The notes under the pieces were generated by a model. It saw only the letters and a list, made by a program, of their open reading frames with translations. It searched no databases and was not told where the DNA came from. The position numbers were made by a program, and so were the translations under genes. Below are positions 24,261 to 37,788 of a DNA stretch of 64,000 nucleotides, piece by piece; the stretch's first letter is position 1; each line of letters begins with the position of its first letter. The DNA lies in the NCBI GenBank assembly GCA_036785375.1, contig JAWMAR010000329.1:2046001-2110000 (forward strand), read 5' to 3'. The DNA is from Leucoraja ocellata (taxonomy: Eukaryota).

Positions 24261-24451
24261 ACTTCTGTGCCTTTTCTTTCCTTTAACCATTTACTTCAAA
24301 GCCAAGTTGACCTTTCCTTGCATTACTGACTTTTAGAATTTCATTCTCCAAAATAAATATTTGTATTTATGCAAACTGAAACTTTACACAGTACAATCAT
24401 TAAAAAACACATTCTGAATATCTGAATAACATAGTCTTGTATTCCTTTTAG

Positions 24452-24660
24452 GTTCCATTACGCAGAGGTTCAAGAAATTGTCTACAGTAGTTTCAGAACA
24501 CAACGAGAAGATGCAGGTATCAATCGCTCAGTCTCAGAGTGTTCAAGAAGGTCTGGATAATTTACTGAACTGGCTGGAAGGTGTTGAAAAGAGTTTGAAA
24601 AATCAGGATAATTTGCCGTTGTCATCTGCTGCCATTCAGGATTCCCTGGCCCAAAACGCT
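24452..24660 (+). CDS. MACF1: MACF1 exon (SITQRF...IAQSQSVQEGLDNLL...AQNA), phase 1-0
   Basis: CCTTTTAG acceptor, GTGAGT donor, 209 nt. Confidence 0.93.
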
Positions 24661-25056
24661 GTGAGTTTTCTCCTAGTCCTTTGCTTTTTGCAGAATTGAG
24701 AAGTTATGATAGCCATATCATACCCGGTGTCATAGTTTCATACATGTATTATGATTTTGTGAAAGACTTTGTCTAAGTAGATTCCTTGCCGCAGCAATAT
24801 GTGCTTTACAGTCAGAATACCCATTGATTGCAAGTGTTTTCCCTCCATCCCTCCCTCTCTCCTTCCCTTCCTTGTTTCCTTGCTCATTCCCTCTCTCTTT
24901 CTCATATATCACAGGACAAATATATATCTCAATCAAGAGCATACTGGAGCAAGCAATGGCCATGAATAGCAGTAAAATTACAATGTGTGAAGTTTGTGCT
25001 GAAGTCCAAAGAAGTACACTATTTTAAATAACTATTTGTTTTCTAAAACTTTTCAG

Positions 25057-25374
25057 AAATTAAAGCAGGATATTGCTAGTCATCAAAGCAGCATTAACAC
25101 AATCCAGGAAATGGTTCACGGTTTTATTGAAAATACAGATAGAGCAACTGCTTCCTCACTGCAAGAGAAGCTTGAACGGTTGAATAGCCAAGTGCAAGCG
25201 GTGTGCAATGAGCAACAGGTGAAGGAGGAGAAGCTGAGGAAACTGCTACCTAAAACAGAGCAGTTTGAAAAACTGGTGCAGGATGTTGGACAGTTCATCG
25301 AAAACAAATCTCAGAGTCTGGCAGCTGGAGGAGATCCCAATGAAGATATTGCTCACTTTTCACAGAAAATACTG
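25057..25374 (+). CDS. MACF1: MACF1 exon (KLKQDIASHQSS...HFSQKIL)
   Basis: TTTTCAG acceptor, CTG|GTAAAT donor, 318 nt. Confidence 0.93.
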
Positions 25375-25734
25375 GTAAATACATTATTTGTGAAATTCTA
25401 CTTCTATCTTCATTTCTATTAATGGCATCAAAAATATATATGTTATTGTGTGTGTGTGTGTGTATATATGTTAATATATGTGATTTATTAAACAGCTAGC
25501 TGTGTCCAGCTCTCTTTATAACTTAGATAATGAAGCAATCCATGTCCAATGTCTATAGAACTTTCATTATGCTTTTGATTTGTGGACACTTGGAGCTCAT
25601 CCTTAATTTTCTTTGCGATGGTTCTTCCGCAGAGCCTACATGGATTGCATCTAAATAAGCAAGGACTTAACCATTTCCCAAGGATGTGCCACTGCTCAGA
25701 TTCCTCTCACCAAACTCTTGAGAGCAGATTCTAA

Positions 25735-26405
25735 ACTATACAATACAACACAATACAATATTTATTACATGTCAATTGAACCTCAGTGAGGCTCAAATGA
25801 AACTCCGTTTCCACAGCCATACAAAAAAAGACAATTCCTACAAGACTTACACACAATTCAATTTACAAAAACATCCATCACAGTGAATCTCCTCCTCACT
25901 GTGATGGAAGGCAAAGTCTTTTCTCTCCCCTGCACCATTTCTCTCCCGATGTCGAAGCCCCCGGCGGGCAATGGTAAGTCCCACGGCCATTTTAGGCCAC
26001 GCCGGTCGATGTACGGCCCTCCTCCAGGTCTAAAAGTCACGAAGTTGGAGCCCCCGGCAGGTGTTCGAATGTCCCACGGCCATTAAAGCCGCGCCGGGCA
26101 ATGTACGGCCCCGCTCTGGGTCGTTCCAACCCCGCGACATGGGCGGGAGAAGTTGCGTTGCGGGAGCTCCGAAAAGCGGTCTCCACCCGGACCCGCGAGC
26201 TCCCGATATCCCGACAGTCCACAGGTATGCAGCAGGAGCTTCCGAGCTCCGGGGTCGGGCCGCAGCAGCAATCCACCACCGCTCCCCATGCTCCGAGGCC
26301 AGCCAGCCCCACGATGGTGAGTAGTCCGCAGCTCCGCGACTGGAGCCCCAGGTCGTTCCGGCTGGAGGCTGCTCCACGGTGCTAGGCCCCAACGACAATG
26401 GACAA
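25735..26405 (-). mobile_element. GC/CpG-rich non-LTR retroelement 3' region with a short-repeat tail
   Basis: CAATA-type tail, stem-loop CCATCACAGTGA..TCACTGTGATGG shared with 61710-61860, internal duplication of about 90 bp. Confidence 0.65.
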
Positions 26406-27388
26406 AAACTATAGTAGGGCAAATAGAACTGCAGGCTCTAACCCACATATGATAGAATCATCCTTGTCTACAGCTGTTGCATAATGTCCCCACGTGTACT
26501 CAATGCCCTTATCAATGAAGACAAGTACGCCACATGCCTTCTTCACCACCCTATCTATGTGCGCACCACTTTCAGAGAACTATGTTTCTGTACTCCGAGT
26601 TATCTTGACTCGACAATACTTTCCACGAACCTACCATTTACTGTGCAGTCCTGCCTGGCTTGACTTGCCAAAATGCATCGCCTCAAATTTGTCAGATTTA
26701 AATTCAACCATTGGCCACTTCCTCCCTTGATCCAGGAATTTTTTTGCAAACTTAGACATCCTTCCCCACCGTTTTGGTACCATCTGCTCCCTTACTAACC
26801 AACCACATTCTCAAACCAAATAGAACTGTGTATGTTTCTTCACTGCATGCGAGTGGTTGGAGAATATGGACCACAACTACCACCTTGAAGGGAAGCAGAG
26901 GTGTACAAACTGTTCTGAAATGACTGGTGGTGATCTCATCCTCATCTGAAAAATAAATATTGCTGTTAAATGGATTTTAAACTTTCTGAATTTAGTTAAG
27001 TTTTCAGATACAGCATAGAAACAGGCCCATCGGCCCACCGAGTCCACATGGACCATTGATCACCCATACACTAGTTCCATGTTCTCTACACTGTGTTCTA
27101 TACACCATGTTCTTAACCTGCAAAACTGCTCGTCTTTGGAATATCTTGTACAATTAAATATATTATTGTAATACTGCCTTCTTGATAAACGTGATAATTT
27201 GATCATCTCTTGTTCTCTTGACTCTTTATTACAAATAAAGGATTTTAATTTCAGTTAAGTGCTGAGATTGGAGAACAATTGTTTTATATAATATTTATTA
27301 GAAGATCAACAGTGGCAACATTAAAACATAGAAGAGCAGCTAGGCTACCGTTTTTAATGGCACGTGACCATGTGTTTCCTTACCACAG

Positions 27389-27555
27389 GAGGCAAGCACA
27401 GAAATGGTGAAGCAAAGGGAAGACCTACAGGCTCTGCAGCAGCTCGCTGAAGAACTGGCCACATTTGACATCTTGACGGAAAAGAATCAGCTCACGGAGA
27501 CTGTCAAAGACCTAACCAAAGGGTACAAAAAACTAGAACTGAATATTAAGAAGAG
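27389..27555 (+). CDS. MACF1: MACF1 exon (EASTEMVKQREDLQALQQL...NIKKR), phase 0-2
   Basis: CCACAG acceptor, AG|GTAAG donor, 167 nt. Not in the ORF track; translated by hand. Confidence 0.9.
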
Positions 27556-27607
27556 GTAAGAGATGATGATTCTTCAAATTGACTTTCCTAAACCATTTAT
27601 TAGCTGC

Positions 27608-27641
<34 letters not shown>
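27608..27641. repeat. (ATT)n microsatellite
   Basis: About 11 units. Confidence 0.95.
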
Positions 27642-29854
27642 TCTTCGCATATTTGACTTTAAGGGGCATAAAACCCATTCATTAAATTAATGCCTTATCA
27701 CGCTTTGAATAAATATGCTGACTAAAAGGTCAAAATTGGCATGAATGTTTTGAGCAGCTTGAATCTGTGTGAATTTATTTTTCTATTTTTCTCCCTCTGA
27801 TTTCCTTCTTTCCTGTTTGTTATTTTTTAGATGAATCCATTTCCATTCAATAATCTTCATTTGCAGACCTCCAGTAGCGCACACATTTCCTCTCGTGTTC
27901 GCTCTCACTCCTGTGCGCTCTCTCCCTATGATTGAATGAGTTGGCACTTGGACAAACAATACATTGTCAGCCTGGGAAGCATTTACAGCGTGATGTCTGT
28001 CAGGTGGCAAAGATGGGATTGGGATTGTAATGGAGGTTAATGTAACAAAGCTCAAGAGGGTGGTCATTGTGGTGGCCAGAATGTGTGGTTGGAGCATGCC
28101 TCACGATTTTAAATTGTAGACCATCCAAACTTCAGATTAGATTAGATTAGATTCCTTTATTGTCATTCAGACCTTTCGGTCTGAACGAAGTTTCATTGCC
28201 TGCCGTCATAAATATATTAATAAATAACAAAACATCCAATAAACACAAATTAACATCCACCACAGATTAACATCCACCAGTGAAAGGCAATATTATCTCA
28301 ATGAATTTGATTAAGTCGTTCCAGAAAACCTTTTGAGCACTAGGTTTTTGAAAAGGAAAAGGAACGATTCTCATCACAATTTTACTGCGATCATTTTGTT
28401 ACATTTTTTGAAGTCCTTTTGTAATTGGGTGCAATGAGAATCGTTAACACTTTGATCCATATCTGTCTAATATTCGTTATTTGCAGCACATTTGATTTTT
28501 AGTTTTGCCAGGGTTAATGAAATGTTTTCACTCATCAGATTCTTTGTAATCATGCATACGATGAAATCTAAACACAACTTGTTAATTTGTTTAGCAACAT
28601 TAATTTGTGACTTAAAGTTATCCTTTCTTAGAATTTAATGAAACTTAAAACTGACTCTTCATTTCCGAGTAACAGTGGATTTGTTTGAAATGAGCAGGTT
28701 TGCACTTTTTGGAAGCACATGATTACCTGCCCCTTAGAACACGCAACATGTTTATCGTCCGTCTCAGCAGTTTTTAAGAAAAAGTATAAATAACAGGCTC
28801 AAACTGGCTTTATGTTGTGAAAGATAGAACGCAATTGATGTGGTATAAAAACAAATTGTTTTCAAGAAGTCTGATTTGCCATGAGTTATTGTCTGTGGCT
28901 ATATTTTTAAAGGAAGTTACAATTGGCTGCAGAAGTAAGTTGGTGATCAATATGTCTGAATTTCCAGGCAGTGGTCAACTACCACTCTGGCTGTTTCAAA
29001 TCTTGTAGGTTCTCTTAGCTGGAGTGGGTCTTCTGACAACTTCCTGAATGCAACTGATACTTAGTTTAGAGATACAGCACGGAAACAGGCCCTTCGGCCC
29101 ACCAGGTCCGTGCCGACCGTTACTCTGGGCTTGAGACACCCCAGTGCAGTACAGAGCTCCAATGTTGTAAGAGGCAAATTCTGCCCAGAGGACCCAACCT
29201 TCACCAATTATCAAAATACATGCCTTGAATGTTTCGGAAAATCTGTGACAATAACCAACATTCAAAACGATTACGTTTTTGTAGTGATTAACTATTAAAT
29301 GTTTTAAAATAGGCAATGATTTTAATTGTTTTTTTAAATTTAACAATCATAAAACTTGTCTTGCATTCTCTCGGCCAGTCCTCTCCACTGATTGGAGTCA
29401 CTGAATAGTGGGCAGATTATCTAGGGGAAAATTAATTGCTGGGAAATTGCAGCAAATTGGAATTTTGTCTTGGAGCCCAAGCCGAGTTCAACATCATAGT
29501 GTCGTTGGGAAATTAGGAAGTTTAGGACTCCCCATTGCATTTGCATTTCCACAACGAATATTGAGGCCTTTGTGTATAGGAGCCTGCTTGGATTTAACAG
29601 AAGATGGCCTCTTTGAATTTCTTCCTTCTGTTGAGTGATGAATACTCATTCTCTGGTGGTCAGCACTACAATGGGGAATTGGGAATGATGGCAGAGAATG
29701 ATGGCAAGTACAATCGGAAAAAAAAACCCTTTGTAATTGTATCAGTAAACCAGATATGTATTCTAAATTAGTTCAAGTAGCCCAGCATTTCCAACATTAG
29801 AAGCATTTTCTAATAATGGATTAATAGGTCACTGATTGAGCCTCAATTTTTCAG

Positions 29855-30011
29855 GGAGGAAGAGGCAACATCCTGCCAGCAGTCTCTGAGCGACTTCACT
29901 TCCCTGGTTGAGTCGATTAGAAAATGGTTAAAGGAAACAGAGACTCGCATTCCGTGTTTTGAATCGGCTCTTGAGACAGACACAATCAAGGAACAGATCC
30001 AAGAAGTGGTG
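29855..30011 (+). CDS. MACF1: MACF1 exon (EEEATSCQQSL...KWLKETE...QEVV), phase 2-0
   Basis: TTTTTCAG acceptor, GTAAGT donor. KWLKETE is conserved. Confidence 0.92.
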
Positions 30012-30351
30012 GTAAGTCTACGTAAAATGAAAAGCATACGGTATTTGCTATTTTAAGGAATATTAGGTTGTTTTTTTTTTCCAATTCATGTGCAGGATGA
30101 CTGTGAAGATGAAACGGTCTGTATGCAGGCTTTCCACATTTTGGTCAAGCAAGTTTGCTCCTCCTTGTGTGCAAACATTTCCTGTTATTATTTTGAGGAG
30201 GACGGGAGGGAGAATGGTCCCAATTAATATGATGTAAACCCGTCGTGTGAAGCAATGGTTCATAATGTCTGAGAAAAGAAGCACAAAAACAAGCCTCAAT
30301 TGACAAAGGTTTTTAATAAAACGGTATGATAAGGCTTATTTCAATTAACAG

Positions 30352-30478
30352 GTTCTTTTGGAAGATTGGTCAGCAAAATCTCCACAAATTCAAGAAATAA
30401 ACCACAAAGGAACTGAGTTAGAAAGTCTCATCATGGAAATAACATCTCCAGACACTGCTTTGAACACCAGTAAAACAG
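30352..30478 (+). CDS. MACF1: MACF1 exon (VLLEDWSAK...LESLIMEITSPD...SKT), phase 0-1
   Basis: AACAG acceptor, CAG|GTAAC donor. Resembles LENLIMEITAPD. Confidence 0.92.
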
Positions 30479-32312
30479 GTAACATCTTGGATCAGGAAAA
30501 GTGCAGTTGACCTTATCGTTTTGTAACTTTTTAACTAACTTTGTCTTCTTCTACAATGCTCCATACACCATCATAAGAGTGTGCACAGGATACCTGATCA
30601 AAACCTCTCTCAAAGCAATTCTATAGTCAACTTAGAACAAGAAAGAATGAAAATGAATGATTTAAATTTCCTTTTAACTCCACATAGTGTCAGCAGAATA
30701 AGCCGCTTGGCACACTGATTCCATGCTGACCATCAAACACACACATACACTAATCCCCGTTTATTCTCCCACATTGCCATCACCTCTTCCTAAGTTCTGC
30801 CACTTACCTAACCATTAAGAGCAAAGTATAATTAATCTAACAACCAAAACATGAAGAGGATCCTCTCATGGTCATGGGACAACTTGAAAACTCCACGTAA
30901 AATGCAGCCGGGGTCAGAAACAATCCTGATCAATGGAGCTCTGAGGCAGTAGCTCTACCAGCTGCACCACTGTGTGGCCCTGCCTAGGGCTCAGCCATGC
31001 CCATGAACGTTCCTATCCATTATACTCTTGCTACCATATTGATCATTACTGGATCATTTTGTAACACAACATATGAAACATACACTGGATCTATTAGCCT
31101 GTGCTTCTGATTGTTTCTTGCAATGTTTCCCATGTTTTTTAAATCTTTTTATTATTATTTATTTAAATTTGGCTTGATTTCTTACAAATTACAATTTCTA
31201 ATTGGTGTAATCACATTTCACCAGTGTGCTTGCCATATTAACGTAAATTTGATTAATACTCTCCCTCTAGTTTATATTCTATATTGGAAAAGCAGCAGTT
31301 TACTTGTTGAACCCTATAATTGATTAGCTTAATGTATCTTATTTGTCAGCGCTGTGTAAGTATGTAGCTTATTCTTAATTCTCTCTATATATATGACTAG
31401 TAACTTGTTTCACTTTTCTTAGCTTGAATGCTGCAATTAATTGAGTTGTTTAAAGTAAAATTTACATGCTGCAGAAGAATTTTGTCCATAGATAAATTTG
31501 AGACACAAGAGACCGCTGATACTGGACTCGGGAGTAATTTAAAAAAAACTCCTCCAGCAGATTTTGTTTTTGCACCATGGATAAATTTGATACAATGTGA
31601 TATGAAATGGTATAATCTATGGTGCAGTGTGCTTTGTATGTTGTACTTCACCATAATTGATCCATGAACTTCACTCAAAGCAGGGTACAATACACACATG
31701 GTCCTAAATGGCACTTTTATAGCACGCAGTAGAGGATATAGTTTAAATGACAAATATGTTCCTGGATGCAGGAGAGCCCCCTTGTAACTCTTCAGATAGT
31801 ACTATGGAATCTTCCCTCTGCATTCACGAAAGCTAATAGGACATGGTTTGAGATCTCATCAAAGTCGTGGCACTTCCACGCATATAATTTTATTTTTCTA
31901 CTTAACACGTCATTCTGGAATACACAGAATCTCTGGCGTTTTATGTGACTTCATGGCCAGCTGAAACGGAAGCAAATCTGCTATCGCTCTCAATGCTGAT
32001 ACCGTCCATGGTCGCAGAGCTTCAGAAAAACGGCTTAAAGATGCTGGACAATTTTATACACCCACCAGTGTATACAAAATAGATTATGATAAATTGAAGT
32101 GAAACTATCCAGGTGTACATCTAATATTTATGCACTGCTGCAAAACAGTACAAAAGCTTTTTTTTTTACTTTATAACAAAATGCTTCATGTGTAAATCGA
32201 TGTGCTTGTTTATGTCTTGCTTTGTTCCACTAAGGGAACCTGTGTCTGTTGAGCGTTTGTTCCTAATATTGGCTGTCCCGTGCATTGTTCTGTCTCCCTG
32301 TTGTTCACATAG

Positions 32313-32375
32313 GTTCTGTGATGATGAATGGTGGAGTGACTGCGCCTAGTATGAATGGGTACCACAGGAGCAAAG
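32313..32375 (+). CDS. MACF1: MACF1 63-nt frame-preserving cassette exon (GSVMMNGGVTAPSMNGYHRSK), phase 1-1
   Basis: Long pyrimidine/UG-rich tract and CATAG acceptor, AAG|GTGAG donor. Resembles human GSILPSVGSSVGSVNGYHTCK (recalled). Confidence 0.85.
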
Positions 32376-32484
32376 GTGAGAATGTATAGAAACATGAGGT
32401 GTGTTTATGTTGGATTTACTAGCCAATTTACATCCGGAGTTAAATTCCCACATAGAAAAATAAATTGACTTTGGACTTTTTAGT

Positions 32485-32775
32485 GTTTAGAGATACAACG
32501 TGGACACAGGCCCTTCAGTCCACCAAGCCCGTACCGACCAGCGATCACCCCGTGCTGCAGCACTATCTTCACATTAGGGACATTTTACAGAAGCCAATTA
32601 ACCTACAACTCTGTAGGTCTTTGGAGTGTAGGAGGAAACCGGAGCATCCGGAGAAAACCCATGTGGTCACAGGGAAAATGTACAAACTCCGTACAGACCG
32701 CACCCGTTGTCAGGATCAAATCCAGTTCTCTAGCGCTGTAAGGCAGCAACTCTAACACATGCCGGCATTGTGCCA
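32485..32775 (-). mobile_element. tRNA-derived SINE
   Basis: Same family, near full length. Confidence 0.85.
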
Positions 32776-33699
32776 ATAATCGGGTTGAAATTTATATGTT
32801 GGAATAGTTGGCCCATCGAATCAATGACAACACATTCCCATTGGACCCATTCTCCCACTTAGCTCCCTTTAACCTATTCTCTTTCACATGCTCAGCAACA
32901 CAGTAGCTCCTTCCCCCGCAATGTTAGTAGTAATTTGCATTAGCCAATTAACCTTCTATCCAATAAATCCACGCCTTGCAATGACAAACTGAAATATGCA
33001 AACTCCATACAGTACTGAAGAATTGTGATCGCTGGAACTGTGAGGCAGTGTTGCCTCTGCTCCATCCAGTAGAACCCTACCCACTTAAATAAAATGGTGT
33101 CAGTGAACTATAAGTATATTGTTCCCAAGCAATTGTAAGAAGAACATTTGCACATATTGACTCATAGTCAGAGGTATTCTAACCATGATCTAAAATTCAG
33201 AATTTGTAGTAAGATATAATACGGTGACAGTGAATCTGTCTCCACCACATGCTGTGAATTCAAGATTCCAACTACACGTTGTGAATAAAAAAAACACACT
33301 TGATCTCATCATTCTTAATTCATTTCTCCGCCTTTATTACCTATGACCTCTAATTCTTGAACGCTCCACGAGCAGGAACAGCCCTGTACCCATACTGTCA
33401 ATATTCCTCATCAATTTATATACAAATTAAAACATTGTAGCTCACAACTCCTTTATTTCTAGGTCATTAGTATAAGATTTATTTTGTAAGAAAGCGCTGC
33501 GTCTAAGACTGATCCCTGGGGAATACCACTATCCTGCTTCCTCCAGCCCCAAAACCATACGTCTGAAGCAATCCCTGGAGCATGCACATGAGTAATTATA
33601 AAAAGACACTTTAGGTATTTCTTTGCTTCTCCTTAGGGTGGCTGTTTTATAATTTTCTCCAATATGAGCTTAGATAACATATCAGAAAGTGTTTTAGAG

Positions 33700-33885
33700 A
33701 CAAAAACCTGGAATAACAGACAGCATCTCTTGAGAAAAGGAATATGTGATGTTTCGGGTTGAGACCCTTCTTCAGACCCAACCCGAAATGTCACCTATCC
33801 TTTTTCTCCAGAGATGCCGCCTGACTTACGCCAGCTTTTTGGGTCTATCTCTGGTTTAAACCAGCATTTGCAGTTCCTTCCTACT
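33700..33885. repeat. Penelope-terminal-repeat fold-back
   Basis: Same family, inverted arms. Confidence 0.75.
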
Positions 33886-34284
33886 CCGGAAATGTTTTGC
33901 TTTGTAGGTACTATGAGCAAAAGTTAACGAAATCACAAGTCATCATTATGGCTTAACCTCTTTGTCCCTAATGATCAACATTTCAAAATGCGATGTAACA
34001 TAACTTTATTAGTACTTGCCCATTTCAATTTCTACCTCAATCATGTTTACTTTTTTAATTAAAAATTAAAGCTTGATATGTTGTGAGAAGTTTTCAATAT
34101 GATCGGCTGGTCGTACTGAGGACATAATTATTGTTGAATGGCATCATGCCCCAGAAGTGAAGTCCAGCAGTAGCTGCCACTGAGAATGGAGGTGACTTAC
34201 TTTGAGATCAGCACCGAAAGCTGCAATTTTGACCCTGACACTTTAAAATCACATTTGCTCACTGACTCGTTTAACTTTTTGTAG

Positions 34285-34520
34285 AACTTGCAGAAATCCA
34301 GCAGAATGTCTCTGATGTGAACCATAATTATAAAATCCTTGGTAATACGCTGAAGGAATGTCAGGACCATCTAAGCGCCACACTTAACCAAATGCAAGAG
34401 GTCGAGGAAGAGACTGCTTCTATCATGAACTGGCTGGAATCAAAAGAACAGACTTTAACCTCTTTAAGCTCATCATCAATCAAAACTCAAGCTATGAAAG
34501 CACAAGTGGAGCAAAACAAG
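34285..34520 (+). CDS. MACF1: MACF1 exon (ELAEIQQNVSDVN...WLESKE...EQNK), phase 1-0
   Basis: TTTTTGTAG acceptor, AAG|GTGAC donor. Confidence 0.93.
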
Positions 34521-34816
34521 GTGACTTTTTAAAATGAATATGGCAAAGTACATCCCAGAGATAATAATGGCATAATTTAAATTAACACATTGTTGGTGCA
34601 TCTAGAGCTACTGATCTTCCATATGAGGGTAACTTGAATATTTTTCCAGTAGTTTGTTGGCAGGGAACGTGAGGGATAAATCATGATGACTAAATTGGAT
34701 GCCATTTTTTGAACTTTAGTCCTTTGTTATTCTGGCTCTTCAAGCTCGAGGGCACTCTCCTGAAAAACCTCGAGCTGGATCGACCGTCAGCGATGAAACC
34801 ACGAGCTGGATAGACC

Positions 34817-34819
<3 letters not shown>

Positions 34820-34871
<52 letters not shown>
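34820..34871. repeat. (GT)n microsatellite
   Basis: About 26 perfect TG units. Confidence 0.98.
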
Positions 34872-34875
<4 letters not shown>

Positions 34876-35134
34876 CACACACACGCACACACAGCAAAGT
34901 CGGGGGCCAGGGAAAGCGGGGGAGCGCTGTCTGAAATTCACACCTGCGATGAACAGGAAGGTAAAAGATGGCTGACACAGTTACGGTAAGACCTTATAGA
35001 GGGGGGGGGGGAGGGAGAGAGAAGGGGGAGGAGAAGAAGTGGAGACACTTTTAAGATGCCAGACAACTTTTAATAAAGTTTAGCGGGCATTTAACATTAC
35101 TGGTCGGTTTACTTACCTTTTTTTTCTCAACGAA

Positions 35135-35330
35135 CTATTACCTTCAACTACCTTCGATTACCTTCGATAGCATTACGACCCACTACGACCTACCTCGACT
35201 AAACCTACGAGTAAAAAAATATCTTTTTTTTTCCATTGCGACCTTTTTTTACTCGCGGGCATTTTTCAGCTTCGAGTACGTGGGGACTACTCTCGAGCAT
35301 GAAGGAGAGTTACAAAGACCTCCTAGGACT
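35135..35330. mobile_element. Inverted partial copy of the 4600-5109 MITE family (may extend left to about 34740)
   Basis: CTCTCGAGCATGAAGGAGAGTTAC and TTTTTACTCGCGGGCATTTTT are reverse complements of sequence in 4700-4800. No TIRs seen. Confidence 0.75.
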
Positions 35331-35641
35331 TTCATCAAATATTGTCCATGATTAAAGAATTGGGGAGAAATACTATGCTTAATTTCTTTAATGTTATAAG
35401 CTTTACAAAAATCTCACGTACTCCAAGTTAATGTGTAGTTCATATTGAAAAGAAGAATTGCGTTTTGAAGTAAATCAGGTATACTTGATACTCGAAGAGT
35501 AAACACACATTGAAAAGAGCAATGAATTGTACCGTTACAAAACTCAAAGGGTGAATGTTGGAAATAACAACCCCGCTGCTGCCTTTAATCAAAGCACGTT
35601 TGCAAAGTTGTTGTAAATCACTGGAATTCTCTTTGGTTTAG

Positions 35642-35771
35642 GTACATCTGGCTGAGCTTGAACAGAATTCTGATAAGATTAATAAACTTAAAGAAACATT
35701 GAAAGGCTTACTGAAGAAAAATCCAGACTCGCCCGAAGCCAAGAAATGGACGGAAATGCTGGAAGGAATAG
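35642..35771 (+). CDS. MACF1: MACF1 exon (VHLAELEQNSDKI...PDSPEAKKW...EGI), phase 0-1
   Basis: TTTAG acceptor, G|GTAAAG donor. LAELEQNS is conserved. Confidence 0.93.
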
Positions 35772-35919
35772 GTAAAGCCAATGCAGTGCCAACATGAATG
35801 TTTCAGTTTATAGAAAACTTTGCACTTAACATTTTAAGAAGCAGTTAGTAAGAGTGTTGTAATATGAAATCTGGACTATTACTTTGGTGTAAGCTAAGCA
35901 GGGAAAGAACAATTTGAAC

Positions 35920-36130
35920 TACAAAAGTACTTGAGTAACTCAGGGGGTCAGGCAGTTTCTATTGAGAACATGGATAGGTGACATTTTGGGTCAGGTCCCT
36001 TCTTTGGACGTGAAGAAGGGCCCTGATCCAAAATGTCACCTATCCATGTTCTCCAGCGATGCTGTTGGACCAGCTGAGTGACTCCATCACTATGATTTTT
36101 GTAAACCAGCATCTACAATTCCTTGTTTCT
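35920..36130. repeat. Penelope-terminal-repeat fold-back
   Basis: GAGAACATGGATAGGTGACATTTTGG / CCAAAATGTCACCTATCCATGTTCTC. Confidence 0.85.
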
Positions 36131-37788
36131 CCAATTTGAGTTCCTTTATACATTTGTGGGGAAATTTAGTCTTGGAATCTTGATCAAGAACAAGAGAAGT
36201 TAAGTGAAAATAAATGACGTCTGGTAGTTACAAGAAATACATTGGTCATTTAACTGCACACTGACAATTGTTATAAATAATTAAAAGCTAAGGTCATGCT
36301 TTCACAATATTCCCTCATTCTTAAATAACTAATCGATACTAGGGTTCGCCAAATATGGATTTGGTTCTCATAATAAGAGAACGTATGTTTTAAAGGCATT
36401 GATTAAAATGGGAATTATAACACTAGTGATTTTCCAAAAAATACATTAAATATTGGTAGCTTCCTTAAATCTTTTAAAATAAATTAATGACTCCCACAAA
36501 TACAATATATTTCATTGATTTTCTTAAATCTTGAGAAAGAGTATAGAAATTCCATCTTTGTGCTGAATGCCATTGTAGTATGAGTTGTTTGTTGTATTTC
36601 CCCCTCAATAGTCTGGCCTGCACCAGTCAGTAATTGTAAGGAACTGAATGTCGACAGGTAAAGACCATCATTAGTCATTATTTCAACACCAAGCGTCTAA
36701 GGCCTCTTTCTGCATCTCATTTTAAACTCATCTGCTATCCTTGTATGTTGTCTTGCACATTATGAAATATATTCGGTAACATTGGCATTGACATCCTGTG
36801 TTCTAAATCTTCCTCCGATAAATATTTCAGCGTTTGAAATCAGAGGGTATATTGTTTTAAAGTGTTTCCATTAACAGACTGGACTGAGCTCTACACAATG
36901 TTGATAATTTGGAGATCATTTATTACCAGGCAAATAACATAAACATACTTGCTTCCCATGTTAGAGTCAGAATTGGACAGCATGCAAACAAACCCTTCGG
37001 CCCAACTTGCCCGTGCCAACCAAGATACCCCATCTACACCAGTCCCACCCACCCATGTCTGGCCCGTTTTCCTCCAAACCTTTCATAGAGTCAAAGAGGA
37101 AGAAGGAGGTTGTTAATTTAAACATGGAGAAAAACGTCCTCTTGAAAAATACAATATTTAAAATTATTAGACGAAGGAGGGTCAGGATATTTTAAATATT
37201 TAGATAACGTCAAGTTCGGACTGATGCGAGAAGAAATTGTCCACAGTCGAATGACTGCAGTTTTGATCGTAAATCTGGTAAACTCATTGTGAGATGTTCC
37301 GGTCTAAATGTTAGTTTGGAGTTTCCAGCTTCCTTTATAATTTACATTAGGCATTTGAATTAAAGCATTTTTAACTCTGATTTTAAAGTTGTCTTAATGA
37401 AACACTGTAGAGTTTAAGTTAGAGACACAGCATGAAAACAGGCCCTTCAGCCCACGCTGGTTCTACGCTATCCCTCTTTCACATCCACTCCCCACACAAG
37501 GGGCAATTTGCAGAGCCCAGTTAACCTACAAACCCGCAAGTCATTGGGATGTGGGTGGAGAAGGGGAACGTGCAAACTCCATACAGACAGCATCAGCGGA
37601 GTGCACCGAACCAGAGCTGCACCACTGTGCTGCCTGAGATGCAAATGTTTAAATCATTTTGCTTTGCATTGATAGTAAGTGCAAAACATCTTATAATGGT
37701 AACATCAGAAGAATGAGCCAGTCTGTATAATATTTGCATGAAACCCTTCTTGGAATAACTTATCATTGGTATTTGTGTTCTTTTTTAG

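Noticed and set aside
25858-26448. Cluster of overlapping ORFs as a small gene
   Set aside because: Explained by stop-codon scarcity in a GC-rich repeat.
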